Shown: piece by piece, positions 37,946 through 51,740 of the stretch
How the letters are laid out: each line of letters opens with the position of its first letter
Position numbering within the stretch: the stretch's first letter is position 1
Source of the DNA: Dicyema japonicum
Taxonomy: Eukaryota > Animalia > Dicyemida
Direction of reading: 5' to 3'
Assembly: GCA_011109175.1 (NCBI GenBank)
Contig: RDEW01000026.1
Span: forward strand, 862,156-926,155
DNA: 64,000 nt
Program-made: the position numbers and the translations under genes
Notes under the pieces: generated by a model
Database searches by the model: none
The model's input: the letters and a program-made list of their open reading frames with translations, nothing else
Told to the model about the DNA's origin: nothing

Positions 37946-38329
37946 CTTGTCACCTCTCGGATAACTCATTCGATATTCTTTTCTGATTTCCTGTGTTTAA
38001 ATTATCATGTAAACTGCGGTGGTGGAAAACTGATCTAAGGTTATTACGTGGAATAAGGGCACTCAAATGTACTTAGAATTAATCCTTCAATATTGTGAGA
38101 CATTATTTTTATATAATCTCTCAAATTAAGACATTGAATTATAAAATGACAATCAAGCAATGTGCGTTGCCATTGTCTTCAAAAACGAAGAATTTTTCCT
38201 CCCATTCGCGGTTAAATGCACGATTTTCTTGAATAATCTTTCTAATTCTTTTAACACGTTTTTTAAAGTGGATTGATTCAGGTTACTCTTATTTTTAAAA
38301 AAACGACAATTTATCCTTATAAGGTCCAC

Positions 38330-38525
38330 CAATTCAAAAGGATTTGGAAACGCCCAGGGGCACCTAGTGCCCGCCTAAAAAGGACCGATAGACCCCATCC
38401 TCCTGGGGACATTTTCGTCCCCGGGCACGAAGGAAGAACACCGGGAAAAGATGAGGTCTCTGTTAGAATGCATCGGAATCACGTGATAATTAGTTTGGTT
38501 TGGTCTTGGGTTAAAAAAAAAAAAA
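38330..38525 (+). mobile_element. 'GIT*' LINE 3' end with poly(A)
   Basis: EEHREKMRSLLECIGIT* followed by an A-tail. Confidence 0.6.
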
Positions 38526-38549
38526 GCACGTTTTTCAGACATGTTAGTA

Positions 38550-40030
38550 ATTAGTTTGTTAATAGCACCTCCGCGTTGCCATAAGCACGTAAAATGCCTA
38601 GGGGTTCGCTCGTACCGTACACTCGACTATCCTCCCAATCAGCCCTCTCCATCTAGCTCTGTTTCTCGCGCGTTTACGAATATCCTCAAGATCGTGACCC
38701 CGAAATCCAATTCCATGATTTGAAAGTAATCTTCCATGATTTGATTGCAGGAATCACTTCGTCCATTCTCAGAACATGTCCGAAAAGTCGCCAGCGTGAG
38801 GTAATTACTTCTCTGCTTATCGGTTTGCATTTACATAATTTGTAGTGTCGTTTTTGATAATCTGTGGCCAATTTTTCTCAATTGATTTTTATGAAATGTG
38901 TCTAGTCTGTCAAGGTCAGTTTTTGAAGTTCCCCATGTTCCTGAGTTATATAATAGGACTGGTTGTATGAACGCGTTATATAAGCGCATCCGAAGATTTA
39001 AGGAGATAAGTTTTCTGCGAGTCCAAATACTCCACATCTTTTTTAGCGCTCACGATGCCAACATCTTTCTACGAGCAATGTCCTCAGCATCACCCAAAAA
39101 CGAGCCGAGCCTTTTAGTAAACCTCCATTTCTCATCAATCCATGTCGATAACCGCTGAATCGAAGTTAACTCCGTTTTTTTCTGAATTGATCTTCAAAAC
39201 CACCTCTCCAGAACCGTTGTGGCTTTATCTACTGCAGTTCTAGTACCTCCACATCCTCAGACACAAAATCGATGTCATCAGCATATATTAAGTCGACTCC
39301 CAGAATATACATTGTTTTTCTGTACTTCTGACATATTGCCGTAAGCCACTGATGACTCCATACAATATCAGCGGTCGATCTTCCTGGTCTGAATCCGCTT
39401 TGACTTGGTGACAAGTATTGGTCAACTGAATTTGATATTCAATGTTGTAATCGACAATGTTTTTCGCAAAGTGGTCACCCACGATCGGCCTGAGATTTTC
39501 AATTGGACCTGCAGGTTTGCCAGGTTTTTGTAAAGTAGAACTCCCATCGCGATGTCAATTGAACAATGAGTCCTGAATATCTCGTTGAACATAAAAGTTA
39601 TCTTTTCTGCTAGCTGGGTTGGTGCGTATTTTAACAACTCTCCACAAATATTGTCATAACCAGCTGCTCTGTTGTTATTCAGGCTAAGGAGTGCTCCGCG
39701 AATCTCGGAATCCCTAGACACATTATTAAGTGAACGAGGCTGTCCTTCGAATTGTGTGAGAGGTAAAATATCCTCTCGATTGAACTGCTTGCTTTATGAC
39801 AGTCATAATCGATCTCTTATTACGTGATCCTATATTAAGTTGGATAATAGCAATTCGGTCTGTTACCCTCCATACTTTTAGTAACCACAAGTGAGATGTG
39901 TGACGGAAGTAATGACGGGAGCAAAGCCCATCCCATAATGACGGGAGTCGGATGGTAGTAGTATCAACCGGTAATTGTCATAGCATACATCTCGTTCTGT
40001 CACCTTCGTCTCTTGCAGACATGCCACACC
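38550..40030 (-). mobile_element. RTE LINE, internally deleted
   Basis: QSGFRPGRSTAD, YADDID, PVLLYNSGTW, RWRLFGHVLRM. Confidence 0.85.
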
Positions 40031-40039
40031 GGCTTTAAA

Positions 40040-40432
40040 TGCCTCATAAAACTCAAAACTAGTATTGCCGCGGTGTAAGAAAGGTACAATATTTCGTTTG
40101 ATTCTTGAAATAGTTCCTTTACTTGTACTTTGTGATTAATTGCCTTTCAAATAAATTGTTCCTCATAATTTCTTTAGCAATTTTAAATTTAGTTTCGCAA
40201 TCCATAACCACAACAAAAATGAAAATTGAAAATAAAACAAAAAAATAATTAATTTTTATAATTTATTATCTCAAAAATTGTCAATATATGATTTTTCGAT
40301 GCCCCAAAATTTCTATAATTTTTTATTGATTGTTTATTTTATTCTGCCAAAATGTTGATTTGAATAAAGGTACCCCAAAATCCGAGGGTGCCCCACCCAT
40401 GAATCTGCCCCGTTTTGGGGTCGGACTGTACA
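40040..40432 (-). mobile_element. pogo/Tigger 5' end with TIR
   Basis: TACAGTCCGACCCC terminus; HTH start ETKFKIAKE..TISRIKRN. Confidence 0.55.
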
Positions 40433-40539
40433 CTATTCTATATTTTAATAAAGTTTTTGATTAGTTTTTTTTCATATTTAAAATTATTTATAAATTTGTC
40501 ATTGTCAAAAAGCTTAAAATTTTAAAGTAAAAAATTGCC

Positions 40540-41497
40540 GTGGTGACCTTAGAGCATAGGGGCAAATGAAGGATGGATTATTTGCAACCCATGAGATTAC
40601 CTCCTACAGTTATTTTCGATCACTCGAGAACAGGAGACTCTCACAAGTCTAAAGAACAATATTAAACGAAAATTCCCACACAGCAGAACAATCGCTCATG
40701 GCAGTGAAGAATTTGACTTTTTCTATCCTGAACTGACAATTCATGCATGGATTTAGAAACGTCTTTCTTAGTTTTTCGGTCTTGGCTACTGCTTCAGACT
40801 CATTGACACCCTGGGGTGCCTGCCGGTCTCTGGGTTTGACTACCTGTCTCTTTGAGTATGACATAACGGGATCTTTCCCAAATATGGCTGAGACAGCAGG
40901 AACTAGAAGACTTCCCACTCTCACCCATTCTCTTCAACTTATTTATGAAGGATATCCATAGCAACGACAACACTCTGGTCAACGTTTATGCTGACGACTT
41001 AATCCAGTGCATCCACACAGCGGGTACTCGTTTACAAGAATTACTGGACAATCTGAACCGTTGGCTTGCGAGGAACCAATTACACAAAGTCCTGAAAAGT
41101 CGAAATCAATGATTTTTTAAGATTGACAAACTCTGCACCTTTTTGACTCTTAATGGAATATCGATGCCCCCTCCACAAACTCAATCAAAATACTGGGGAT
41201 CACATACGACCCACTTATGACCTTCAGCATACACTTAAGCAACGTCATCTCCTCTTCCCAATAAAAACTAAATTTTGTAATTCTCCTCGCCACTAAAGCC
41301 AACTCATTTCGAGGAACTTGTGAGGAGAACGGGAGCCCCGTTGAAACCTCCAAATTTCCGAAAAGGGAATCATCCATACAGGAAGTGTGTCGGCTTTCGG
41401 GAGGAACACCGAGAAAAGATAGCTGCTTAATTACTTGACGGCCCCAACTCTCTTATTTTATTTTGTCGGTGATTCTTGGTTTTAAAATAAAAAATAA
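40540..41497 (+). mobile_element. LINE RT fragment ('GIT*' family)
   Basis: NVYADD, KILGI; homologous to 21130-21910. Confidence 0.7.
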
Positions 41498-41989
41498 GTA
41501 AATATTCTTCAATATTAGCTAGGTGAGCTTTTCCTAAAGTTTCGGCTTGAAGTATTGAGACAGTCCTATGGGACATCTTTTTTACTCAATGACCACTCCG
41601 ATAAGCATTCTTTCGATCTCCAGTACTTTTGAATAGAGCTGACATATCTTTTATGGACCGCAATATCTTGTCCACAGTTTCTACATTTTTGTTTAAGGAA
41701 GATTAACCTGTATGTTCCACTTCGACCAGATCTCTGTTTCGCTTAGTCTATGGAAACCAGGAAGCTCTGGATGGATATCTTCCAAAAACACCTTTAAATG
41801 CAACTGAGAATACAAATCTCAAGCGACAGTAGTACCAATAGAAGATCCTTTTAGGAAGAGGCTTTAAAGAGCAGGATGAAGAATCTGGTCTAGTCTCCCA
41901 TCTCCAGATTATCGATTGGCTATCCAAAGTCATTAAATTAAATTTTAATGTCATTAAATTGAATTTTTTATATATAAAATTTTTATTAT

Positions 41990-44900
41990 TTTTTTTGTTC
42001 TACGAGGAAAACATGCAACGTGCGTTCGATTCGGTGGCGGTTAAAACTCTCTCGAGTTGGCAAAAATGTTGAAAGGAAAAAAGGAGAAGGGTCACTTGCG
42101 TTACCTGATGGTATGAATGTAATTCTTGCCATATCCGAGAGCGTTGTGGCAGATGACCCAAAAGAATGGGCGAGGCAGGTAGTCCTGCAGGTACGTAGCA
42201 GGCTATCTCGAATGCCCTGGAATGGATGGCCATACTTGGCGGAGCTCTGCAGTGGCAGATTCAGTACTGCTATATCTGTGAGTGAACTCAAGAAGATGGC
42301 TGTAGGCAAAGAGGGTACTGGTCTAAAGGGGCGGGGACCAGGTGACCACAACTGTCAAAGAGAGCACGAGCACCAGAGCTGTGATACGTTGCAGCTCAAG
42401 CATGTTTTTGAGGTCTTCGCGCGGAATCTCGCTGCAGCGGCAGATTCCCACTTGAGGACCGTAGATTTACCGCAAGATTCCTCATTGTTAAGGTTAACGG
42501 TGAGTGTTATACCTGCATCAATAAGGCTGTGGCTTATGCGGTGGAGGCTAAGCCAGTAGGGTCATTGGGTGACATCTCCCTAGTGCTGTATGCAGCACAG
42601 ATCACCTATGAGGAATTGACGGACAAGCCCAGACCACAGTAAATGGAGGGAGCAGATCTGTGCCAAGATTGCTTGGAGACAGACTGAGCTGGAAGCACTG
42701 GAGGGGCACATAAGTAGTGTGGCGAGAGGGGTTAGAGGAAAAGCACCGGCTATAGTAAAGGGGCTAATTAGTAAACTCCGTGTTCCCAAATGGGACCTCA
42801 AAGAGTTGAGGAGGGCAAAGGTGGAGTTAGAGGGGGCAATAATGGTGTATAAGAGGAAACTCTATACACATGAAAGTCGGTGTAAGAGAAGGAGAGAAAA
42901 TAATCTGTTTGAGTTTAATCGCAGATTGTTTTACCGTCGCCTACACGAAAATGGCCATAGTGTATGTTCCCAGCAGGACGCGGAAATGCTTTCCACATGG
43001 GGTAGTATGTGGGAGGCTAAACCACGCAGAGGAAATGCGTGGAATGTCCCGTACAGCGCCGCTCCTTTCTTGGCGGAATCTTGCGGAATTTTCGATTTTC
43101 GCAAGAAATTTGAGGCGGTAGTGAGACATCTCCCTGATTGGAAGACGACCGGGGTCGATAAAGTTTATAATTTCTTTATCAAAAGATGCACTTCATTACA
43201 CGAGTCTATGTGTCGTGTATTACAGAAAAGCATCACTAACCCGGAAACGATTCCTGATTGGGCATGCACAGGGACAACTTATTTGATCCCAAAGCTGGAC
43301 AACCCCCAGTCTGCTGACCGATAACCTGCATGCCAACCCTGTATAAGCTGATGACCAAATTGTGGCTAATGAGGTCAGGAGCTTTGTAGACGCAAATGGG
43401 ATTCTCTCCGAGAATCAGTTGGGAACTGTGCGAAATTGTCAGGGGGCAAAAGAGCAGGCTTTGATCAACAAATGCCTTTCTGTGTCTCACGGAAACTCAC
43501 TTTTGTCTATGTGGGTGGATGTGAAGAAGGCTTACGATTCAGTTGATCATTCTTACCTTGTCGAGTGCCTACACAGTCTGTGTATGCCTGTGTGGTTCAT
43601 CAGCTTTGTAGTGGCTGTGATGAATAGGTGGAGTATTCATCTGAACTATAATAGGCACCGGATAGGCGAGGTAAAACTCAAGAGGGGGATCCTTCAGGGG
43701 GATAGCATGTCTCCGCTACTCTTTGTTCTCTGTTTGGAGCCATTGAGTCGCCGCCTCAATGACCGGTTTGAGCAAATACCAGTTCATTGTGAAGGGGTCT
43801 GTTTCAGTACAAATCACCTTCTTTTTATCGATGACTGAAGATGTATGCTCGAACAGCCGAGGAGCTCTACTCCATGGGGGTCTGTGCCAGGGAATTCTTT
43901 GAGAGTATAGGAGATTTGAATTATTCAAAGTCTGCGACTAACACGCAAGTATGTAGCGAGTTAGTAAGAGTCCTAGAGGAACACGAAGGATATAAGTATC
44001 TGGGTGTTACCGAATCTCCAAAGTCCCTTATAATGCCTGAGACAAAGCGACAAATTACTGAAGGCATCCGTAAAAGAGCAGCGTTATTGTGTAAGACGTC
44101 TCTAAATGCAAGGAATTTGTTCCTAGCATTAAATGAGTATGCTGTCTCGCTGCTAAACTACTACATAGGTGTTGTGGAGTTTGAGCCCAAAGAGTATGAT
44201 GAGATGGATGTTATGATCCGTGGAGTACTCAGAGAGAACCATGTCCATGTGTTGGCAGCCAATAAGGAGAGACTATATTTACCCCGTGATAAATTCGGCC
44301 GTGGACTGTGTGGAGTAGTCCAACTAAGTGAGCGTATCCTAATGCGAATGCACGACACCCTGATAGCTGGGTCAAGTGTGTCTGCTAGGAAGCACGCCAT
44401 AATAACGACCGAGAAAACACGGGCAACCCACCTAGGCACTATCAGACCTTTTTTGTCTGCTAAGTATGGTGTTGATGATGGTGGGCTAGTAAATGTGAAG
44501 GCGTTGATCGAATTACAATATAATAATTTGATGGAAAAGATCAACTTAAAAAGCCTTCATAAGGTCCTCTTCAGAGCATTGGACAACCCACATGTCGACC
44601 TTAAGTCGTCGACAATATGGCTAAAATACGGTGACAACTCACCTCGATCGGAGGCGTTGTACACGTATATGCAAGACCGCAATATTTTTTGGGGTCGATC
44701 AACAAATACATGTCCCCACTGTAAGTCAAGGAGCATGTCGGTTGATCATTTAGCCACTCGATGTGGATCCATGCTCTGCCACGACTATGTGTGGAGGCAC
44801 AACGAGGTAGTAAGGAGTCTTCAATCTTTACTCATCTATGCAATAAGTATGGTATTCGCCACACCAGAAAGTTGCGGACTCATAAGGTGCAATCTGTAGT

Positions 44901-45455
44901 AGAGAACACCAGGGTCCAAATTAAGGTAGACAGTGTTATCCGTACCTCGGTGCTAGTCAAGCACAATAAACCGGACATTGTGGTACACGATAAGGAGTCT
45001 GGCCAAGTCCTTATCATAGAGGTTGGCATCACGTCTCAAGACCGTTTGCAGACTGTGGAGGTGGAGAAAAAAAGGAAGTATGACTTTCTTGCAAGCGAGA
45101 TGGGGCAGATGCTTGGTTGCAAGGTCCTCGTTATTCCTATAGTAATGACGTGGGAAGGAATTGCAACAAAGTACCACAAGGGTTATCTGAAGCAGTTGGG
45201 GGTAGATAGGAAGCTCCAGGCCTATCTACAGTCCACTGTGTTAAAGCGGACCCTAGAGAGCCTGACACTGGAGTATAGGAGGCAGAGCCCTGAGATGCCA
45301 TATGGGCAGAGGGTTCAATTAGACAAGGCGCTCTCGGAGTTGTTTCAGCAACCAGAATCGAACCTGCCTGAGGAGGCTGGCGAACAGGCAGGCGAGGAAG
45401 GTTGTTGATTAAATATATTAACTTTTTTATTGTTTGTTAAATAAAGTGGGGTATT
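41990..45455 (+). mobile_element. R4/Dong-clade RLE non-LTR retrotransposon, near full length with a few indels
   Basis: RT DVKKAYDSV, GILQGDSMSPLLF, LLFIDD, YKYLG; CPHC..H...C; RHNEV; KPDIV..IIEV..KKRKY restriction-like endonuclease. Confidence 0.9.
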
Positions 45456-46049
45456 TAAACTAAGATTCTAATTAATATTATTTCTTATATAACATGGAAA
45501 TAATTTTGAAAAGATTAATGTCACCTCAGGGCATTCTCCTTCTCTTAATAAATGTATTATATTTTTTAAGTTTGAGATTACACTGATAATTCTCATAACT
45601 TGTTCTTTTTTATGTTACGAGGATTTTTACATTATTCCAATTGTTACAAGTATTCAGTTTGGAATTTCACTTCCCTTTACGATTATTCACATCTTCGTGT
45701 TTACTGAAAGTAAGAGAAAAGGAATATTGATAGCAGTTAAAATAATATAAAATCTAGGCTTACAATTTTATTTTTGATATGTATCATATTTGATATTTTT
45801 TTTTTCATCGGGGTACTTACGACAAGTAAAGTACATGATGAACTGAACCCTTTAGCAATTACAATTTCAGTAATTTAATTATATTTTTTAGGCATCATTA
45901 TTTGGTTTAACTGTTTCATCTGTAATCACGAGTGGTTTGATGATTCGAGAAATAGTCATCATTAATCGAGCAGCCAGAAATAAAGATTCTTAATTAATTT
46001 TAATAGATATTTCAGTTTGTCTAGATTTAATAAATTATATTAATAATAT

Positions 46050-47480
46050 CATATTTGACCTAATTTCCAAGTTCCTGAATAGTCAATCGTGATAATAGAG
46101 CTAAGAGTGACTATCAGGATAGCTACGAGTTTCTGTCAAACAGATCCCACCCTTAAGGTGATGAGTCCTTTCTGACATGACACAGTTTTTGAAAGGGTGA
46201 AGATTACTTACTACTTTTCTCCCTCTCCAACTCCACTGGTGAAGATTACTGTTATAAAACTCTTCCACCTGTGAATTAAGTAATGTCCGAGACTGTATGA
46301 CGTGCGATGAAAATGAAAGAGAGCGACTAACTTCTCCATCTTTCTTTGGAAGAGGAAGAACCTGCACAAAAAATAGAAAAGGTCAATTCTTTGCAGTTTC
46401 TTAATTCCTGTCTAATCTAAGAGTAAGAGTGAAACAAGTCCCTTTCAAAATAACGAAAAAACGACACTCGATTAGTCATCAACAATTTCTACGACCAACC
46501 CGAGCATGTGGCCTCGACGGTGTCTGTGCTATCCACCTCAAACACCTAGATCCTTAGGCTCATATTGTGTTATCAAGACTATACAACCAGTCTATAAATT
46601 CCCATACAATACCAAACATAGAAGAACTCATTGATTACTCCAAACCTCGAGCCTGGAAAATCAAAAGACATTCCATCCTCTTACCGACCTGTTCTCCATA
46701 ACTTGTGCCTTGTCAAAAGTGTTGGAGAAGCTTGTACTAATTTTAATCATTCCTGTTCTACAATTTCCTGGTTTTCAACATAGCTTCAGATCAGGCCGTT
46801 CTACAATGACGCATTTGGAATCTGTCTCCCAATTCATCACAGACGGCTTCAACATAAAGACGGACTTACGGACGGTTCTGGTGTCTATAGATATACAGAA
46901 CGCCTTAGACTCGGTTTCAAAAACTCTCATAACAAAGAAGATCTTTAACTCAAATTTACATCCGAGCATCATGCTATGGCTGGAAAATTTCTGCCATAGT
47001 AAAGAAGAGAAGAGAAAGGATGCCATAGTAAAGAAGAGACCTTTCATACTACTAAGATCAGAAAATTATCTTTATGTTATTGCGCAGACGATTGAAAATG
47101 CCTGTTCTGCCTGGAGATTCGTTATTCCTTCTACGAGGGTGAAGCGTATGAACTCTCTCAGGCGGAAAATCATGAGACATTTACAATCAGACTCCACATC
47201 TGTCCCCAGTCTGCTTTCAGAGGAGGCGACGGTGAGAAATGGCCTGGGCTTCATACGTATGTGCAATGACCAAGGAAACCCATTCAAAAAGAAGGTGGTT
47301 CATGAAAAGGAATTCAGATCGGTATTAAAAAAAGTACACTCCGATAAAATTCCTCTGCAGAAATAAAAGAAAACACTTCAGAAACTCTGTTGGTTCACTG
47401 ACGGAGTATTCGAAGAGAATTCGAGAGATGTTGGAGGCTGGGATTACTTAATTTAACAAGTTAATTCTTTCTTTTTCGGT
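46050..47480. mobile_element. LINE 3'UTR (minus, 46050-46280) and LINE RT plus 3' region (plus, 46480-47480)
   Basis: SKVLEKL, QHSFRSGRST, DIQNALDSV; repeats shared with 33615-34140 and 59430-59495. Confidence 0.7.
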
Positions 47481-47489
47481 AGAATTTAC

Positions 47490-48650
47490 ACGCCTCGCGA
47501 AAAGATTGTCATGTCTTGACTCTCACAGATCTTTTTTTTCTGATAAGAAACAACATCGGACTACCCAAGCTATTATACCTACTCCGATGTTCACCCTGCT
47601 ACGAGCAATACGACAGTTTACTTTTGATAGACAAATCTCTCAAACAAACTGTTGAGTCACTAATTACGTCCGCTTCGACGAACTTGGTGGGAAGCAATGT
47701 AACTTCCCTCTAGATTTGGGGGTGTCGGTCTAAGACCGGTGCTGGAGGTTGCGTACTCGGCATATCTATCGTCACTCTCAAGTTGCAGCCATTAGACACG
47801 GCAAGTACTTCATCACACTATTGTCTTCGCTGAAATGAGTCATTTGACGAAACTTGTCGGAAATAAAACCGGACTAAAAATTTTCGAAGAATCAACGAAG
47901 CAAAGTAATTGGGATAACAAAATTTTGGAATACCTTAAAAAAACAAATCAACATCGTCTTGCTTGTTTGGTGTCAGCTTCAAGTGGAGGGAATGAAGCAT
48001 GGCTTGGTGCAATACCTTGCCCAAACCTTGGGACTTTTTTGAACGACGATTCTCTCTAGGATTGGAATCGGACAAAGGCTGGGAACTAGACGTTTTTGCC
48101 AGGCAGCACCGATGCGGGAAAACAGTCGATGCGAAAGGATTGCACCCGCTGTCCTGCAGAAGAAGCGCCGGAAGAGACCACGTCACGCTGCTCTGAACGA
48201 TGTGATAGTCAGAGTTCTGAAGGCTACAGGCTTCCCAGTACAGCTTGAACCAGTGGATCTCCATCGAGGAAATGGAAAGAGACATGACGGGATGACCCTT
48301 TTCCCTTTCACATACGGAAGATCTTTGGTCTGGGACGCAACTTGTGCTGACACGTTCTCAAGCACGAATCTTTATAATCAGTTCAGACACCTGTAGCAGC
48401 TGCTTCGACCGCGGAAAACCTAAAAATCAAGGAATATTCTTGCCTCGGGGATCGCTACCAATTTACTACTGTTGCGGGCGAGTTATCGAGAGCCATTGGT
48501 CCAATGACGGCTGATTTCGGAGGGATGCTTGCCAGAAAGGAAAGGGATCAACGAGAAGGGTTATGGCTGATACAAAAGATTGGAATGGCTATACTCCGAG
48601 GAAACTTTGTTCTCATCCACGCAGCAGCTTCCTCAACTAACATTTGTTTT
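47490..48650 (+). mobile_element. CRE-like retrotransposon 3' half
   Basis: LPKLLYLLRCSP, AWLGAIP..LGT, CG..VD..GLHPLSC, RHAALND, KRHDGMTLFP..LVWDATC. Confidence 0.8.
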
Positions 48651-48782
48651 TTTGTTTTATTTAATTATTAAATAAACAATTCGTTTATATCAATTATTGA
48701 TAATACGTTATTAAGTGATATCTAGGGCAACATTTTTATTTACTTTTTTTCTTTTAAACAAAATAATTTTTTTAACAATTAA

Positions 48783-48870
48783 ACAATGTCAGTTGAGGAA
48801 GCCTGCTGCGTGGATTGCGAACAAGTTCCCTCAGAGTATGGCTATTCCAATCTTTTGTCTTAGCCAATCT
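48783..48870 (-). mobile_element. CRE-like 3' terminus, inverted
   Basis: Reverse complement of 14110-14195 and 48565-48645. Confidence 0.75.
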
Positions 48871-49369
48871 TTTATTTACTTAAAAAATAAAAATTGCCTT
48901 TAAAAAGTCAATTTTAAAAAAGCGCTGGTTAACACATAAGAAACAACTAAAATCGGAAGGTCCTAGATACTAGTCATGTCATAGTGCAGTAGTATTATAG
49001 CTATGCCACAGTACATCAGAGCTGCTTTATCGGTTCAACCTTCAAAAGGACAACTTTCACGAGATACATAATACTTATAGCTCCCATGTGCAGGAAAGTA
49101 CATAGTTCAAGATGTCTGTATCCTCTTGGATCTTCTACTTTCCAGACATTTTCCTCAGCTGTTAGCCAATGAGGCATCTTACCACCTCAACCAAGGATCA
49201 ATTGTTAGCAGAAGGGTTTTCAATTACAACCTCAGTCAAAATATCAATTGAACAATTAATTTACAGGGTTTTCAATTTATTTAATTTTGTCAAATATTTA
49301 ATAAACTCTCAAATTGCGAAAAAACAATAATTTCCAGACAAAAATAAGAACAAATTTTATTAACCATTG

Positions 49370-51180
49370 AGGGGCTGTTTCCTCAGTCGACCTTTGAAGA
49401 CTGGATATGCCTACTTTGCTTTGCCCCGTGAAGACATACCCGACAGAAGAAAAGAAGTCACATCCACCGAAACAGAAAACATCATTAAGTTTTCTTCTTA
49501 TGCCATAAGAGTTTATTTACAAGAAAAAGTATAAGAATCATCGAATGAGCCAGAGGGCTGATTACGGGATACCATAAGATGCAAACTGTTAGAAGGTGGA
49601 ATCCATTAGGCTACAAATATTCTCCACAATCAGAACCGTATCTAGAATTATCAGAAGAAACAAAACGAGGCTCACCGAGCGACATCCAACCCCCCAACGA
49701 CCAACGAATCTTTTCTTCCCCAGGCCTAATTTACTTGTATCTGAGGAGACTTAACAAGGAGATACTTTCCTTCTCTCCAAGCATCATCGGAGGACTCGAT
49801 GGACTTCGAATCAACATCTCAAGGACCTAATTTCTAATATCATAGGCAACTCCGGCATCCAACTTGTCTCGGCAATCACCAAACTAATGAACAGGATGCT
49901 TTACAGGAAACTCCATAAACGATTCACTACATCAAGTTCTCTGCTACTGGTGATGTAATCACGGAGGATTGCTTCATGCAGTGCTCCTCATTCAAGACAA
50001 AAATGAGAACGAATTTTAATTAATTAGCTCTGTCCACGTCTTACCAAAGTTAGTTCGACGATCAAGACTGAAATCAGAAACCTTACTAGTCCGTTTTAGA
50101 GGTCTTAATATCGTTCCCCGACATATTCTTCGACTATGTATCTTCCCCCTAAAGGAAAAAGTAAAGCCTGGGACACGGTGAATTCATCATTCTCTCGTCT
50201 AAGAGAGTTCAGTATGGAGACCCCTTGAGGCCTACTCTGTTCAGCAACAGAATCATCCGTGTAACAAAATGTGTTATTACTCTATTAAAGTTTGGTATTT
50301 GGAAAGAACAAGAGGAAAACAAGAGAATTTAGCCAGAAAACAAATTAAATGCAACAATTATTAAAAGCACGCATTTAAAATTTAAAAACTAACAGATCAT
50401 GGGAAAGTGATTGATACCTCGCCTGGGACGCTACTTGTGTGGATAGCCTCTCTCCCTTCAACTCGCTATGACTGCAACTCGGAAAGAATGAGACTCTAAA
50501 GATGAAAAAGTAAGAATGTCTCAGGACATTTCATTTTGAACTAGTCGTCGTTGAAACGACAGGAATCATAGGAAGCAGGTCATTGACCCTACTAAACAGA
50601 ATCGGATCGCGTTGAGGAAAATGACTTGCAAATCGTCAGGGGAAATGCGTTCTCAATAATGAGAACAGCCAGTAGTTGTTATAAGTAATTAGCTTCCAAT
50701 AGATATCTGAATGAACAAAGAATTAACTAAAGAATTGAAAAGCTGGAATAACGCAGTAATAATATTAATAGAATTAGAGTGATGGATTACACTACTATCA
50801 GCCGATCTACGACAAACATCATTCAATTTCTAATCAAAGGATCTCTTTTTCCCATACTAAAGAAAAGATTGTTTGGGACGAGACATGTACAGACACGTTC
50901 GCCACGAACAATTTTCACGAGTGCGCTTCAAGGGCCTTCTCTGCAGCCGTCAAGGCGAAGAAGGCTAAACTCGAAAAATACGTCGACTTTCCCGATAGTG
51001 TCAAATTTGTTCTTCTTGCTATGGAGACTTCAGGATCCTACTCCCCCTCTACACTCAAGATTTTCGGACGTTTTGGAAACCGGATCACCTCATGCACTGG
51101 AGATCTTCGTGAACGCCGCTCGCTATTTGAGCGAATAGCAATTCTGAAGAACAGCAACGCAGTGAGGGCGGCAACTAACT
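49370..51180 (+). mobile_element. Two further degenerate CRE-like fragments
   Basis: GGLDGLR, RVQYGDPL (QQGDPL variant), AWDATCVD, LFGTRHV/DTF, K..KY. Confidence 0.6.
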
Positions 51181-51227
51181 AACTTATGTTTTGACCAAAT
51201 AAGTTATATTTTTGAAATAATAAAGTC

Positions 51228-51440
51228 AAGAAGAGATTCAAAGTATATTTAAAAATACCTGATGAGTATCCAATCAAGCCTCCACTTGTAAATTATTTTC
51301 TTTAATGTTTATTAGGTGAGATTAGATACACCGCGTCGATAATAACAATGGAAAAATATTAAAAACTTTCTTAAACGAATTGTATAATTAAATATTATGT
51401 TAGGATAAAGCCAGTAACCAATTGCTTCGATAATATTTAA
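51228..51440 (+). pseudogene. E2 ubiquitin-conjugating enzyme fragment with micro-introns
   Basis: RFKVYLKIPDEYPIKPPL|V..NNGKI; HPN motif and catalytic Cys absent; two GT..AG introns of 22-28 nt. Confidence 0.55.
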
Positions 51441-51740
51441 TGGATGTAGTAGTGAAACAATCTTTATATGTTTAAAAATTGTTGACTTAATTTCTTTTTC
51501 ACACGAAAAACAATATAGTTAAGGGACGCAGCTAAGACAGCGCTGAAATCCCTCTCTGGAATAAGTAGAATGAAAGACGAGGCTTTATATTAAAAAGAAA
51601 ACTCAGTGGTTGAAAATAGGTAAAATATATTAAAAGCAATTAATGTCGTATGTGATAGTCCGGGCTGTTGATACTGTCCGGGTTGATAAGACAAATTTAT
51701 CACTTGAAAACATTAACAACCACTAAGTTTTGCTTCGAAA

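Noticed and set aside
41520-41930. Ty3/gypsy integrase zinc-binding fragment
   Set aside because: Only a vague LEDIH..PG..CRNC resemblance; no LTRs or other domains
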